Shown here one piece after another: positions 37,930 through 51,499 of a DNA stretch of 64,000 nt. The first letter of the stretch is position 1, and the number at the start of each line of letters is the position of its first letter. The stretch is from Chiloscyllium plagiosum (taxonomy: Eukaryota), in the NCBI RefSeq assembly GCF_004010195.1, contig NC_057753.1, forward strand, positions 14,111,937 to 14,175,936, written 5' to 3'. The notes under the pieces are model-generated. The model searched no databases. It was not told where the DNA came from and worked only from the letters and a program-made list of their open reading frames with translations. The position numbers were made by a program, and so were the translations under genes.

Positions 37930-38599
37930 CTTTGACAACAGCAGATGTCACTGGTGGTAAAATATGTTGGTGAGGTTCCAACATTAATACGAATGAGGAT
38001 AATGCTGATTGTTGATATCATTATTACTATTTGTTACAATCGAGCTATTTTGTATTAGTAGAAGATCCAATGGCTGAAGTAAATGTCGTAAAAATAATTG
38101 TATTTATGCTGAAGTGCACTTTCTATGCAAATGAACCTCGTCCTTGTGTACTCTCGTGCAATCACCACCTGGGATGCATAACGACTACCAGGTTTTATTC
38201 TAATTTCATAGAACTGAAATATCGAATATTAAGACCCCGAATTTGCCAAATGTCTCTACGCAATGAGGACTGCACGTTACAGCAGAGACATAGAAAAGAG
38301 ACTTCCAATTGGTCAACTACAAGGCGACTTTATATGGAAAAGTTACCTTTTCAAAAATCCCTTCAGAGTGTTGCTGATGTGTACTTCTCGATGTTTCTCA
38401 TCTCTTCGGAAATAAACAAATTCGGGTTGCACAACAGTTCCTCGTTAATAGGGTGCTGTTAATTCTCTTGAGTTTGTTTACACCAGGTTCTTCCTTCAGA
38501 GGAAAAACTTTACCACAAACACATACCGCTTTCAATTTCTGATTTGCATTGTCAATGGAAACACAAACAGATTGATTGTGATAAGCGAGAGTGTGGTGC

Positions 38600-38725
38600 A
38601 GGAATCAAAGACTTTGTCCGAAACGTCGATTCTCCCGCTCCTCAGATGCTGCCTGACTCGCTGTGCTTTTCCAGCGCCAGACTCTCGATTTTCATCTCCA
38701 CTATCTGCAGTCCTCACTTTCACCA
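38600..38725 (+). mobile_element. Penelope terminal-repeat fragment
   Basis: GTCCGAAACGTCGATTCTCCCGCTCCTCAGATGCTGCCTGACTCGCTGTGCTTTTCCAGC...CTGCAGTCCTCACTTT. Confidence 0.8.
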
Positions 38726-40274
38726 AATTGTGATAATGTCAATGGACGAGTGATTCAGAGGCCCGTAAAATGCATTGGGTTCAAAATGTCTGAGTTCGAA
38801 ATGCTCCATGGAAAGCGGAAATTGAAGGCAATTCATAAAATCCTGACTTCGTATCGAATTTCGGTTTGCTGACCGTGATGCAATAATTGATTGTTACAAA
38901 AAAAAAGTCTTTCTATAAACAAAATAGTCATCCCTCCTCGGATTGGCCAACGTGTGACTGTAAACCTCACAGTAATGCATCTAACTCTTAATTGGTTACT
39001 GAAAGCATCAGCCAAGGTACTCAGTTTAATATATATAATGGATGGGGGAGAAATCTAAAGACAGAATAAATGTAAGTATTTACGATGTACAACAATGAAC
39101 ACATATTGGCATTCATGAATGAAGCTGGATGAAATGAATTCCTTTATAGCAATATGGACACGTGTGATTGATAGATAGATAAACAGCAGCCCCTCGACTT
39201 CTTGCCCAATAGTACCCCTGTGGGGTGAGATGCACTTGTACAAACATCGCTACTCAGAGGTAAATACAAAACGGAGAATGTGAATTTTCATGTTTACACC
39301 GCACTGGTAAAGGGAAAAGTGATTGACAGGTCGACAGTTCTAAATGCGGGGCTTTTTGAAGATTATTGCAATACAAGTTATCTCCACAACCATGTTACCT
39401 TCATTGAATAGAGCTTTGTGCCGAGTCAAATTTAAGCGTTTGGACAATCAATAATATGGAATAGTTAACAATTACAGTAAAAAGGTAGAAGAAAATAGAC
39501 CAATGATGTTTAACTCCAAAATCGATTTTATTCATAAAATCTGAAACAGTAAATTGCAAAACATTTCAAATTTCAAACTGAAAATTATAAACAATCAGAT
39601 TGTCTCTATCTGGCGTGATCTACTTTTCGCTACCTGAATAAAATTTCATATTCTTGATAATTACATTGAACATTCCAGATCAAGCATGCAAGTTAAGATG
39701 AAAGCATTCACATTTTAAATTACAGAAGCTACTGTCGGATTCAATGTTCCTTCAGACAACGTTCACACAAACCCACTGACAACTCACCCACCCTTCCCCC
39801 GAAAATTCTGTTCTATTTGAAAGTAAGTAAAGTTCTAATTCAGTTAGACATAACTTCAAATCTCTTGAAATTCACACATTAATTTCAATATCAGACATGC
39901 TAGTCAAGGGGACTTGCAAGCACTCCAGCTACTCGTTGTCAAATAATTGAAAAGGCCCCAATCAGCAACCTTTGCCCTAACAAAAGGTATCATGAACTAC
40001 TGTATGTCCAGCAGCAAGACAAATCGAATGTACCTTTCAGATACACCTGGCCGTGATAACACAAATCATGAAATGTCGTGAGGGTCGTCTGCAGTAGAGA
40101 GCAGAAGGATGAAAGTGACGTTTTCCCCCGAAGATGAATTTTGCGTGATATTTTGTTATAAAATGTTTATGGTGCGAAGATGAATCATTGTACTGTTAAA
40201 AAGTGGCCATTTGTGTCTCGCTAACCTCAAGACAGCTGAACAGCCAATTGTTAACGATTATCATTGGAAACGTA

Positions 40275-40480
40275 TCCCAGAGGATGTAGTGGAGGCTGCT
40301 ACAATTGCAACATTTAACAGGCATTTGGATGGTTATATGAATAAGAAAGGTTTGGAGGGATATAGGCCGGGTGCTGTCAGGTGGGACTAGATTGGGTTGG
40401 GATATCTGGTCGGCATGGACGGGTTGGACCAAAGGGTCTGTTTTCATGCTGTACTTCTCTATGACACTATGACTCTATGG
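40275..40480 (+). mobile_element. Short CR1 3' end
   Basis: GTAGTGGAGGCTGCTACAATTGCAACATTTAA...GGTTGGACCAAAGGGTCTGTTTTCATGCTGTAC, ending in CTATGACA/CTATGACT repeats. Confidence 0.8.
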
Positions 40481-41298
40481 TACGGGACATCTGTCTATGC
40501 CTGTCACTGGGCTGCCTCACCGCCCACTAATAAACTGCCCCTTCATCGATGTTCATTTCACTTAAGTTCAGATAGCCAAACTTTTGGGATTTGTCAACAG
40601 TTGTTAAATATAGTCTTTGTATGTTGATTTGCTTCAATGTTGCTGATTTCATAATCATTCAGTGATGAGTCTGTGCTCGCTTCTGCAGAAACTATTCCAT
40701 GGTGTAAAAATCCAGTAATTCATATTCACAGACTAACTGCACAGCACCAAAATTTTGATCAGCCATTGCCACTGTACATTAATTACTGGAAATAGACAAA
40801 GTCTGCCTGTGAACAAAAAGTGAATTATATGTAAGCAAAACAAGGCCTACTGGAAATGCTTATTTCACAATTCTGAATTTGCATCTTGAAATCCACAGTT
40901 TCTATGAAGGTTTTTGTTTCAGATTGTTACAAGAATCGAAGCAGCGTGAATTTCAGTGTTGAAAGTGATTAAAATTGAACATTGCTGGCGTGTAATCGCA
41001 GCGTTAGGATTAAACATTTGAGTTATTTATTATGCATTCTCTGACCATACGAATGATATAGTCTGCTATCTGAAGCGACAATTAAACCAACTCTTCAACC
41101 TGCCATTGCATATGATATTCCTATCCATACCAACAATGTTAGGGAGATTTTCATCTCTTACGATATGGTGATTTTATTCGACTTGGCGATCATCGTTATA
41201 TTTATCATCTTTTGTTAAATTACCATGACTGCAATCAGTATGAAGTATTATTATTTTATCTATATTAATATCTTACTGAGTGTGATGGGATTTTCAGT

Positions 41299-41529
41299 TG
41301 TTGAAACTTTATTGCTGGAACAGCACAGCAGGTCAGGCAGCATCCAGGGAACAGGAGATTCGACGTTTCGGGCACAGGCCCTTCTTCAGGAATCCTGATT
41401 CCTGAAGAAGGGCCTGTGCCCGAAACGTCGAATCTCCTGTTCCCTGGATGCTGCCTGACCTGCTGTGCTGTTCCAGCAATACAGTTTCAACTTTGATCTC
41501 CAGCATCTGCAGACCTCACTTTCTCCTCC
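41299..41529. mobile_element. Palindromic Penelope-derived mini-element with a 12-bp TSD and a hammerhead motif on each strand
   Basis: 95-bp inverted arms at 41300-41394 and 41397-41491 (1 mismatch, 2-nt loop). GGGATTTTCAGT is duplicated at 41287-41298 and 41530-41541. Confidence 0.92.
41397..41434 (+). ncRNA. Minimal type I hammerhead ribozyme motif (mirror copy on the minus strand at 41357-41394)
   Basis: GATTC-CTGAAGA-A-GGGC(CTGT)GCCC-GAAA-CG-TC-GAATC: helix I GATTC/GAATC, CUGANGA and GAAA core, helix II, and palindromic ACGU helix III as known for Penelope-like elements. Confidence 0.7.
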
Positions 41530-44500
41530 GGGATTTTCAGTAGCAACACAATATAGTTCCACATGATTAGATATGAATCCCAGAAATGTACTGCTGGAAC
41601 ATAAATACAGATCCTGGTTCTTTGAACTGCCGATCAAGCCAATGTCAATCATGAAAAAAGTCATAATTCCAATGTGTCCAATAAAGCAGTGTAGGTAACA
41701 TGGGTAACAGAGATATAAACAGACGGGAGATCAGCGCAATGTTCTCTCAGCAGTGTGAGCACACCACTTTCTATCTCGGATTGCAATTGAAAACATTGAA
41801 ATATATATGTCCACAAAACCCTCTGGTGGAAGAATTCAAAACTTTGCAGTCTCCAAAATGCACAAGTAAAAAGTTACAATCGATCTCCAGGCCAATTTCT
41901 AGTGCCTCTTATTGACAGATATGTTGCAACTAATTCAAATACTTAATCGATCATGGTGTACATGTAAATTATGTCACATCAAGCATATTTATTTCTTGTT
42001 CTTTTTTCTTATTAACGACATTGCTTGACGTTTATCATATCCTATTCTCTCGATAGTTTCCTAACTTGCCTTATTGTATTTCTTCTATGTGTAAGATTAC
42101 TGCTTATGTTCTTTTTTATTCCTGCTGTCAGTCGATCCAGCAGGATTACTCTTCCATGCCATTTGCCTATGTTTCTGGCTTCCTTCACGGCATATCTTGC
42201 ATCTTTTTATTTCATATTCAGTGTATTAAAGCACACTTAGTCAGTCGTAACGTTATACCAAACGTTTTGTCCAAATTGCTGATTGAAAAAATTGTTATGT
42301 TAATGCAATCTTTATTTCTTTCTGTACTTCGCTCTCAGACTCAAAGTGTTTGAAATTGGTAAAGCATTTTGAAAGGAAATTCTTTCCGTCTGTCCTTCAG
42401 AAGCTAGCAGATGCATGCAGTTCCTGCCAGCAGATGCAAAGGTCATTATCAACATTTCATTAATTAATGTGCCATTTAACATTAATTTGGTGAATTGCTC
42501 TTTAGAAGTGTCTTGCCATGAAGTGAAAACATTTCCCACGCTTATGTCAGAAGCTCCAGATTAAAATCCTACCGCAGGATGTGTTAGCATCTACGTCTGG
42601 TTAGGTACCCTCAAACAGCTCTGATTAAAAAGGTTGGCTCTGCTGCCATTTCCTATTAGCTTTTCTCTTTTCAGAAAATTCATTGCGCTTTTACACATGA
42701 AGAAGGGTGATTTAATGGTGGTGGATATTTTGAAAAGCACTTCGAGGTATGTGATTGAAGTATTGGATAGAAAAAAAGTAAAACTTTAATTGAATTTAGT
42801 CCTCACGACAGAGTGTATGGGAAAATAATTTGATGAATCTTGAATCAGAACGGGTTAAACTAAAAAAAGCTAGCACAATTGTTTCACTTAAATAATAACA
42901 TGAAATACAGTTCTCCATTTAAATTCACAATGTGTCACGCAAAGTGTGTTGGTCATCCATTTCTCCAGTTGGCATATTTTCCGTGTTCTGCTCATACTAT
43001 GAGTGCATATTTATTCCCACTCTCTCTCTGACTTGCATAATAACTTTATTTCATCGGTCTATGTTTCCACCTTTCTTCACGTCACATCTTTACAACTGTA
43101 TCATCGATAGTCAGAACATTTAAAATACATTTACTTTATCTTAGGATTGTGGGGAAAGACTTAACAAAGAAAATCAATGTTACGTCTTAAAAACAGAATG
43201 TCTATTAAAAAGACGTTACACTTGGAATCCGGTTCTTCTGCACCATTACAAGCTGAGGTTGACGAGGTAACAGCTCAGGAGTAGTTAGATGAAATCTTTC
43301 ACATCACTATTTTGTCTCCATAATATTCATCTGACAGAATTGGACAGCAGAAACAGCTTTACAAATCTACTTTTGATGACTTGACTCTGATAGAGAACTG
43401 CAAGTTGGTAGAGACTAAATAGGCAATTCAATATATGAGGTGAAATTCTGAGCAAAGTTTCCATTTTAATTCTCAATTATACCTGATGAATTTTGTCTAC
43501 TTATTGGAAATTCTGAATTTTAAGATCCACTCAGTGGACTCAAGTGAATTTTTGAGAATCATAACGAATGTCGCAGAATCTAGTTAATTCTCTCCTTGAT
43601 TAACAAATTCAACTGGCGAATCACATAATGCAACAAAAACTCTAAACCTTAATAATAACCAATGCCTTTCTGCATGCGTGCAGAAACTACTTCATTGTAA
43701 GAAGTTTTACAAATGCAAGTGAGGACTGCACACTGTAAAGGAAGTCTCTCTCCTTCCAACTCATGTCGAAAAAATCGTCCCGATGAAGTCACAGAGCTGG
43801 TTTCAGGCTCAGGCACTGGCGTGAGAAGTCTTGGAAGTCTATTCTGGGACAGAGTATATAGAACTCCAACAAATACAAAACTCTCTTATTGTGCTTCAAA
43901 TAACTTGGACACTTGTGAACTTTGCTTCTGGTTCCCGTTTATTTCTATTTTGTTCGGTTCCCGAAGATGCATTTGATTAAATACAGGTACAGCGTTTGTA
44001 AGTGTATCCTTCAACGTTGATACGCAGTGTGAATTCATTAAGCCTGTACTTAAAAAGACAACAATGCATCTAACTGTATCAACAGTGGTGATGATGGGAT
44101 CATATGCCACATTTTCCGAGAGGAGAAAGGATGTAGTACAATGTGATTGTGCGCTGACTGTGACTGCTATGTGGTCTCAATGCATTTGTATATTGGTCGG
44201 CAGGGGGTAGTTTCTTGTGTATATAATGGATCTCTACTGTTCTCCACATCATGCTGCAAATGCTCGACTGCTGTGTGAAAGGAGATTGCAGTAGATCTTG
44301 GATCTTGTCACATCTTGGGTGATCTACCTATATGGACGGGTCTCTTCTATAGCCATTCCCTGCATGCCCTCAAATCCATTACATTTTGTTTACTTTGAGA
44401 TTGGGCTGATTGTTTCAGGCAGTGCAGACAACTTTTAAATAATCTTAGTGTGACGTATGCTGTTGCGTTTTTCACGTTTTCAGCAACTTTTTTATTCTAT

Positions 44501-44739
44501 GCTTTGATATATTCTGCTCTCCCTTAAATCCACAGGCAAATTGAAGTTTGCCTCAATGGCTATGGGATTTGATGCATTGGGATCAACTCGCACTTATTCA
44601 GGAATTCAAAACTTACTTCCTTCTCTCTCTGTCTCCAAACCTAGCTTTTCACTGACTCAGTGTCCTCTGTTTCCAGCTTTCATTCTCCATGGTTTATACT
44701 CTCTATTTCTAACACATTTTGCACATATTTTGCATGAAG

Positions 44740-45405
44740 TTCACGGATACCGAGACGAAAAGCTGGAAAAAGAAACCACCAGAATGAATGGATTGTTAGA
44801 AGGACAGAGAGTATCTTCAGCATGCAGAGAGATGAAGAGCTAGGGAGTTTACAATGTAAAAAGCGAGCATCAAATAGAAGAACGTTCTAGAAAAACATCT
44901 AAGCCATAGGAATGGACAGAAAGAAGTCCTGAAAGAAGTTAACGGAGTAGGCGAGGAGTGGCGACCTTTGCACAGAGGGAGAAGCATGAAGAAGACACGA
45001 TAATGTGAGGAAATTGAGGGAGTCAGAAATGCATTGGAGGGAGTGAGGATAAAAGCAAGACAGAAACGTAAATGGATATGGATATAAGGAAAGAAATTAA
45101 GTCTCCACAACATGATATTGGAAAGATACTATGATCAGTTGCTTGAGTCAGGTGATCAGATGAAGGAAGAGGCGATTCACCCTTTCGATCACATCCACAG
45201 GATCACAGGAGAGACAGAGAGAGAGAGAGGGGGTGGAAGAGACATCCTGACACAGAGACGCACAGACTGACAGAGTCGCAGAAAATAAACCAAAACCAAA
45301 CTGCAACAAATCGAGACAGTCACAACGATAGAAGGACACCATGAGAGGAGAAGAAGATGAAATATTCTGACAGAAATACATAAGCCAGGATATTGGCCAA
45401 TAAGA
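44740..45405 (+). pseudogene. Decayed purine-rich coiled-coil coding relic, possibly TRIM-family
   Basis: The frame from 44881 has only 2 stops in 120 codons: ...LERYYDQLLESGDQMKEEAIHPFDHIHRITGETERE...KLQQIETVTTIE, then after a frameshift DTMRGEEDEIF*QKYISQ. Confidence 0.3.
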
Positions 45406-45584
45406 TGTTTGTACCTCACCTGCCATTCAATGATATAATGGACAGTGGCCCACCTCAAATGCACCATTCAGTGTTATGGGAAAATAATAGCACAATCCCA
45501 TCAGTATCCATATTAACCAACGCTGACATGAACACTTTCAGGTATTGAACATTGATCTCTTCAGATGGAGAATTTCAAAACCTG

Positions 45585-45895
45585 TGGGTGGCAATTTGGT
45601 TCAGAGGTTGGCACTAGTGCCTCACAGTGACTGAGATTATGGTTCAGTTCCAGCATTCTACGACTGTCTGTGTGAAGTTTGCACGTTGCTCCAGTGTCTG
45701 CGTGGGATTCCACTCGGTGCTCTGGTTACCTCTCCCAGTCCAAAGATTTGCAGGCTAGTTGGTTTTGATACGGGAATATAGGGCTGCAGGAATACGGTAG
45801 AGAGTAAGGTTTGGGTAGGAAGAATGTCGGAGAATCTATGCGGACTCAATGAGATGAAAGGCCTGCTTCTACACTGCAAGAGTTTTATGATTCTC
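45585..45895 (+). mobile_element. HE1-like V-SINE, older copy
   Basis: GGGTGGCAATTTGGTTCAGAGGTTGGCACTAGTGCCTCACAG head, GACTGTCTGTGTGAAGTTTGCACGTT...CAGTCCAAAGAT V-domain and GGCCTGCTTCTACACTG tail. Confidence 0.85.
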
Positions 45896-48237
45896 CGTGA
45901 AGTTATGAATGCTAAACTATTTCTGACAGCGCAAGTCAAACAGTTCGTTCAAAATCCGAAGATGGGCAGAAGTTCCCCTTGAATAGACAGAGGGTTTAGT
46001 GGAAGTGTACAGTAAAGATTGGGAGGAGGGAAAGTGGTAGCACGTGTCCTACAGCGATTCAGAAATTAACACCATAACTTGATCTTGACAGAAAATTTCT
46101 GATTCTCCTAATGAAATGGGTTACAGTCTCTGGAGGGCGTCATTGAGCTTCCCCAGCCTCTTACACGTAAATAACAGTCAGCCATCATTCTTCACACGTA
46201 AAGCAAATGTTCATTTCCCTATGTCTCATATTCTCAGCCCAATCCGTGAGGGCAAAGGAGATCTTCAAGGATTGAGTAAATAAAAGAAAGATCGTGAAGC
46301 TGGGACAGAAACGAAACACAGAGCTGAAGGTGATGACAGAAAATAGTTGGAAAGAGAATTGCAGTTAAATGCAATGGTAATTAAGACGTGTGTAAATCCC
46401 AGTTAACAAATTCTGACCAACCATAGTAAAACCATCTCAATGTAAGGAAAGTAAGCTGATTAAGGAGGAGACAAAATGTGCTCACGGTTAGCTGCTAGTA
46501 GGAATAAAGGAATACTAAACGCTGAGTTGTCCTTGAAAGAAAACTAATGTATCAATGAGATTGAGCTTTAGGATTACCCTCGTTCTGTTCTGTATTATCA
46601 GTTGCATACACCCAAGGAAGAATGTTGTAGAAACCCAGTTACTCAGAGAAATGTGTTTTAACGGATTGGGCATGTACTGCATGGGAGAGTGCTGGACAGG
46701 AATTCAACAGCAGGATTGAAAAGAGAGTGGATACATATTTTAACGTTTGGACTTTAGAATAGTAAGGAGATATGTTGAAGAGTAATGAAAACTAGGTAGC
46801 TCTTTCACGAGCAGATATAAATGCAATGGGCCAAATGGCCTGTTTCTACACTAATATTTTATCACTCCATGATTGTATGATATACCGTACCATCTGCAAA
46901 GTGTTTGACGATTCGATCTGCCTCTCTATTGCTCTTTTCAGGCTCTTTATGTCAACCTCACCAGACGACTTTCCATATAATATCATGTCATCCATAAGTT
47001 TATTGGTTGTACATGCTCATTTCTTCTTCAATTCATTAGCTTACATAATAGAAACATCGGACACAAGCACTGATCCCTGTGGCACAACTGTCATCAACGG
47101 TTATCATTCTGAAGATATCCTCATCTTCTGTGGTTATGTTGTTGTCTTTGATCACTACGAAAACCTTGCTCCCAACAGGAAGGAATGGCTGAGTGGTGTT
47201 ATCATTTCTAATGCTGTACGGCAGATGACGGAGTCTGATTTCAAGTTTTGAGGGAAAAAACACAAGAATTAAGAGTTTAGAGATAAGCGTGAAACCATGC
47301 TGTCTGGTTGGCTGGCACTCCATCAGTTGACAATTTACAGGTAAAGTCTTCACAGGCCCACGAGAACGAAGGAGTGTTTTTGCATTCGACAGAGATGAAT
47401 GGCACTCACTTAAACTGAGCAGCAGTACTCCTGCCAGGGGTGGGATTGAGAATGAGCTTTCTTTATAACAAGGTCACGCAGAAGACTAATTCAAGCCGCT
47501 CTGAACATGGTACTTTACATCATATATCAGATGTACAGCCAGCCTAGCTAAGCAACTCTCACCCACTCAGGCAAACAAGCACATATATACAGGTACACTC
47601 ACTGGGTGAGGGCGGTGGCTGCCGATTTGTGGCTGTGCTGGTAACTGATACAAATGCTACGTTATCAATATGCCATACAGTCAGCCCTAATCCGAGGCTC
47701 TCAATCAAGGGCGAGACAGTAAGCCAATAATGAAGGGTCGTGGGCTCATGGGAAGGGAAGAAATCGAGACAGAGTCCAATCAGTCGTGCTGAAAGGGTCA
47801 AACCTGGGAGAGTGATATGCTTCAGGCGGCATACAGAAAAAATAATACCTGCCCAGAGTTCTCGGGAGTGACATGAGTAGTCAATCTGTCGGCACTAATG
47901 AATTGGGCAACACAAATATTGCAAAAAACTAGTGGAGCAGGGAAGGCTGAATATTGAAAGTACGGTTATTGGGAACCTGTTAACTTACTTCTCATGCATA
48001 GAAACTATTATATCATAGGCTTGTGGCTTGGTTTAACGACAGGGGCTGTAACCCAGATTGATTTGAGTCAATTCACCAAGAATAAGCTCTCCTCCTCCAG
48101 ACCACCCCGCCCCACAACATTAGATTGTTATCCCTGACACAAGGCAGTGAGGTGAGAACATCCAAGATACGACAACTATACATTAAGAGCGGGGTTTCTA
48201 GGATGGGCAGCTTCAGCTATCCGACTGCCCTGTGAAA

Positions 48238-48679
48238 ATGAAGACAGCAGCAATCCAGTTACTCAGCATCTGAGTATTTCAAACAGGTAAATGAGGAGTT
48301 TTTAGACACCATGTTTTAAACTACCACTAGATTGACAGTTCAGAATCGAACTCTGTTTTGCCTTTCAGAACTGAGTCAGAGTGTTTCTGTCACTCAGTCA
48401 CCCTCGTCAATTGTTCAGGCAGAAGACGAGGCAGTGACTCTCAACTGTACCCATGATACTACATTTAGCAATTATGCATTACTCTGGTACGGACAGCACC
48501 AAAACACACAGCCTGAGTATAATCTGTGTAAAGATACAGGTGGTGATATAAGTTTAAATAAAGTTTTGCTGAAGATCGCTTCTCTGCAGAACTTGAGACC
48601 TCCAAGAAAGTCTCCAGTTTGACTATCACTGAGCTCGAGCTAATTGACTCTGCCGTGTATTACTGCACTTTATCAGACA
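48238..48679 (+). pseudogene. TRAV/DV: TCR alpha/delta-type V pseudogene V4 (leader 48238-48286, V exon 48369-48679)
   Basis: Leader MKTAAIQLLSI*VFQT has TGA at 48271-48273 and a G|GTAAAT donor. V exon SVSVTQSPSSIVQAEDEAVTLNCTHDTTFSNYALLWYGQH..., a frameshift near 48560, then FAEDRFSAELETSKKVSSLTITELELIDSAVYYCTLSD. Confidence 0.92.
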
Positions 48680-48718
48680 CACGAGGATGATAAACAGTCT
48701 TAGCTCTGCACAAAAACA
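48680..48718 (+). other. Degenerate 23-RSS (V4)
   Basis: CACGAGG (48680-48686), 23 nt, ACAAAAACA (48710-48718). Confidence 0.8.
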
Positions 48719-49939
48719 GTCTTTGGAATGTAGTTTAGCCTCTATCTGTGGACTGAATGTGAAGTCCCCTACAAATACAACATGCTATCAAGAAGCTCAA
48801 AATCGCACAGAGAGGAAACCAAAGTAACCTCTAATCAAACTATTTAATGGCACTGCTGAAAAAATAAAAACTGCAGACACCAAGTGCACTTACTGATACG
48901 GAAGTGAATCATTTGTGAGCACACCCATGTTGATCTCCTCCCTCAACAAGTTACTTTTAGTGAGATTTGTGGAGAGTAATTTGAATTTCAATGAAAAGAG
49001 CAACCCAAATAATCAATTTAATGCGAATTATTCCACCTCTGACATTCTGGGAAAGTGGGAATCAAATTATAGTCTGTCAGTTAACAAAGAGTTAATGAAG
49101 TATTGTCTCACTGGGAGACTGAGTGAAGTAAAACAGAAATCGAGGAGAATACAAATTTAGGCCTGTTTTACCAATCATTTTCTGACATTGTGAAATGTAC
49201 ACAATGTGTTCAAGCCATGCATGATGCAAAAACTCACTCTGAGTAGACACTCCCTTTTCACAAATTGGGGCTTTGAATCGGGATATTGACACTGGCGATT
49301 GAGAAAGGGCTGCGAAAACTGAGAGGTCGGCAGGCATAGGTAAACAACACTGGGAGAGAGAAGAAGGTGAGGCATAACCACTGAACGGTTTTAAATGTAA
49401 CCAGAGGACCCAGTAGTGGGTATTTTCAGCGATTCTGCTCGAACTTGCTTTGCAAGCCGTTCTATCATGTAAGGCTTTCTACCGTTGACGTGTGTTTTTG
49501 TGGTTATTCTGGGACAAGCAGTGTTTCGAACGTGTACCTTGCATAATTTACTAATACTAAACTCAGACTTCGTTGACCGTACATTGAGGAATCGTTTGCA
49601 AGAAATGTTTGACATTTATCGGGAAACCCAATTTTCCACATATGTTCATATCCAAGATTCCCATATTCACTGCCTTTGTATTTTCCCACTTTGAAAGTTC
49701 ATCAAGGCAGAACGATATTGAAAACACGTATCTCTTTTTTTTTCCAAGGGCAAGATCAATAACAATGAGCCTGACTGATATGAGCCTGCGTCTACTTTAG
49801 TTTAGGGTTATGTTCAGCATGGTGTGCTGGAGTCTAAAAGTCTGTTTCAGTGCTGTGTGGACATATGACTGCTTGAGTATGACTCTAAGTGAAGTAAACT
49901 GAACATCTTCATAAATATTCAATAACCAATTTTAGAGCA

Positions 49940-51370
49940 AAGTACAAAGAACAATACAACACAAGAACTGTCCCTTTGTCCCTCCAAGCCTGCGCCAAAA
50001 GATTTTGCATTCGTTCAGTTGCTTCCTGAATGCTGCTAATGTGTCTGCTCTCACCATGTCCTCTGACAGGGCGTTCCAGGCACTCGTCACCGTTGAGTTA
50101 AAAACATGCCTGGCCTTTCAATTTTAAACATCCTTCCACCTACCTACCACGCCCCACGTCCACACCAACGCAGCTTGAAACTGTGTTCCCTAATACTTGT
50201 CCTATGCACCTCGGGAAAAGCCTCATGTTTTCCAATCTAGCCGTCCCATTCATAATCTGACAAAATTTTATCAGCTCGTCCCTCAACCTCCTGCATTCCA
50301 GTGAAACCAAACCCAGTCTATCCAATCTTTCTTCAAAGCTAAACTCCCCCATACCGGACAACCTCGTGGTAAATATTTTTATAACATATCCAAAGCATCG
50401 ACATTCCTCTGATTGTGTGGAGATCAGGACTGTGTACAATATTCCAACTCTGGCCTAACTAAAGTTCAATAAAGATGCAGCACAAACTTCCTATTGTTAT
50501 ACACAATTGCCCTTCCAATCAAGGCAAGCATGGCATAGATCCTTGTTGCTACTTTAACTACTTGCTCTGAAACCTTCAATGATCTGTAGACTGCACAGAC
50601 AAATACATCTGCATAATCATACTTGTATGGGTTAAAACATTCACTGTACAATTTCTATCAGTACTTTATTGTCCAAAATGTAAGGACTCATCTATTGGGA
50701 CTTAATTCTACATTCCATTGATCCATCCATGCCCCAACTGATCTATGTCTTGTTGTTTCCTCTGACAGATCTCCAAACTATTTGTAACTTAACCAATACT
50801 GCAAACTTGCCTAGAACAGCCGCATTTCCAACCAAATAATTTATGTGGACCACGAGCAACAGAGGCATCAACACTGATCCCTGTAGAACAGCTCTTGTCA
50901 CAGCACTTTTTTTCAGAAAAAAACATCCTTCCACCATAACCAGCTTTGTCTTATGACTAAACTCGTCCTGTATTCATCTCGTCAGCTCACACCTGATGCC
51001 ATGTGACATCTCCTTTTTCACGAGTCTGCCCTGAGGTATCTTGTCAAAGGCTTCATTGATTTCCACGTAAACAACGTCAGATTCTTTCCCCTCATCAATC
51101 ATCTTTATCACATATCCAAAGCTTTGATCAAGTTAGTGAGGCACAACTTTCCCAGCAAAAACGAAACAAGTTGTCTCTTGCAGAAAAGTGCATATGCTCC
51201 AAATCGTGTACAGATCTTCTCCCGGAAAACTTTTGCAATAATGCCCCTACGCGTGCCGTGACGTTCACAGGCCTGTAACTTCATGGAGTATTGTTGCTAC
51301 TCTTCTTAAACATTGGGATAATATTTGCTATTCACCAGTCCTCTGGGACCTCACCTGCGGCCAGGGGTTC
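49940..51370 (-). mobile_element. CR1 LINE ORF2 3' portion, decayed
   Basis: ORFs 50743..50937 (VLQGSVLMPLLLVVHINYL), 50466..50651 and 50140..50439 (EERLDRLGLVSLECRRLRDELI). Confidence 0.88.
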
Positions 51371-51486
51371 TTTATTTTGAGGTAACACTGGTCAATGCAA
51401 GATCAGACTACTTATGTTTATTACAGTAACTCTCTCTGAACATGAAATACAATGTTAACATTTCAGTTCCCTCATAAACAGTGACT

Positions 51487-51499
51487 TGTGGTTACCACA
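51487..51499. promoter_or_regulatory. Inverted pair of RUNX consensus sites upstream of the V5 leader
   Basis: TGTGGT-T-ACCACA palindrome about 140 bp before the ATG at 51638, with CCAAT at about 51510. Confidence 0.4.
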
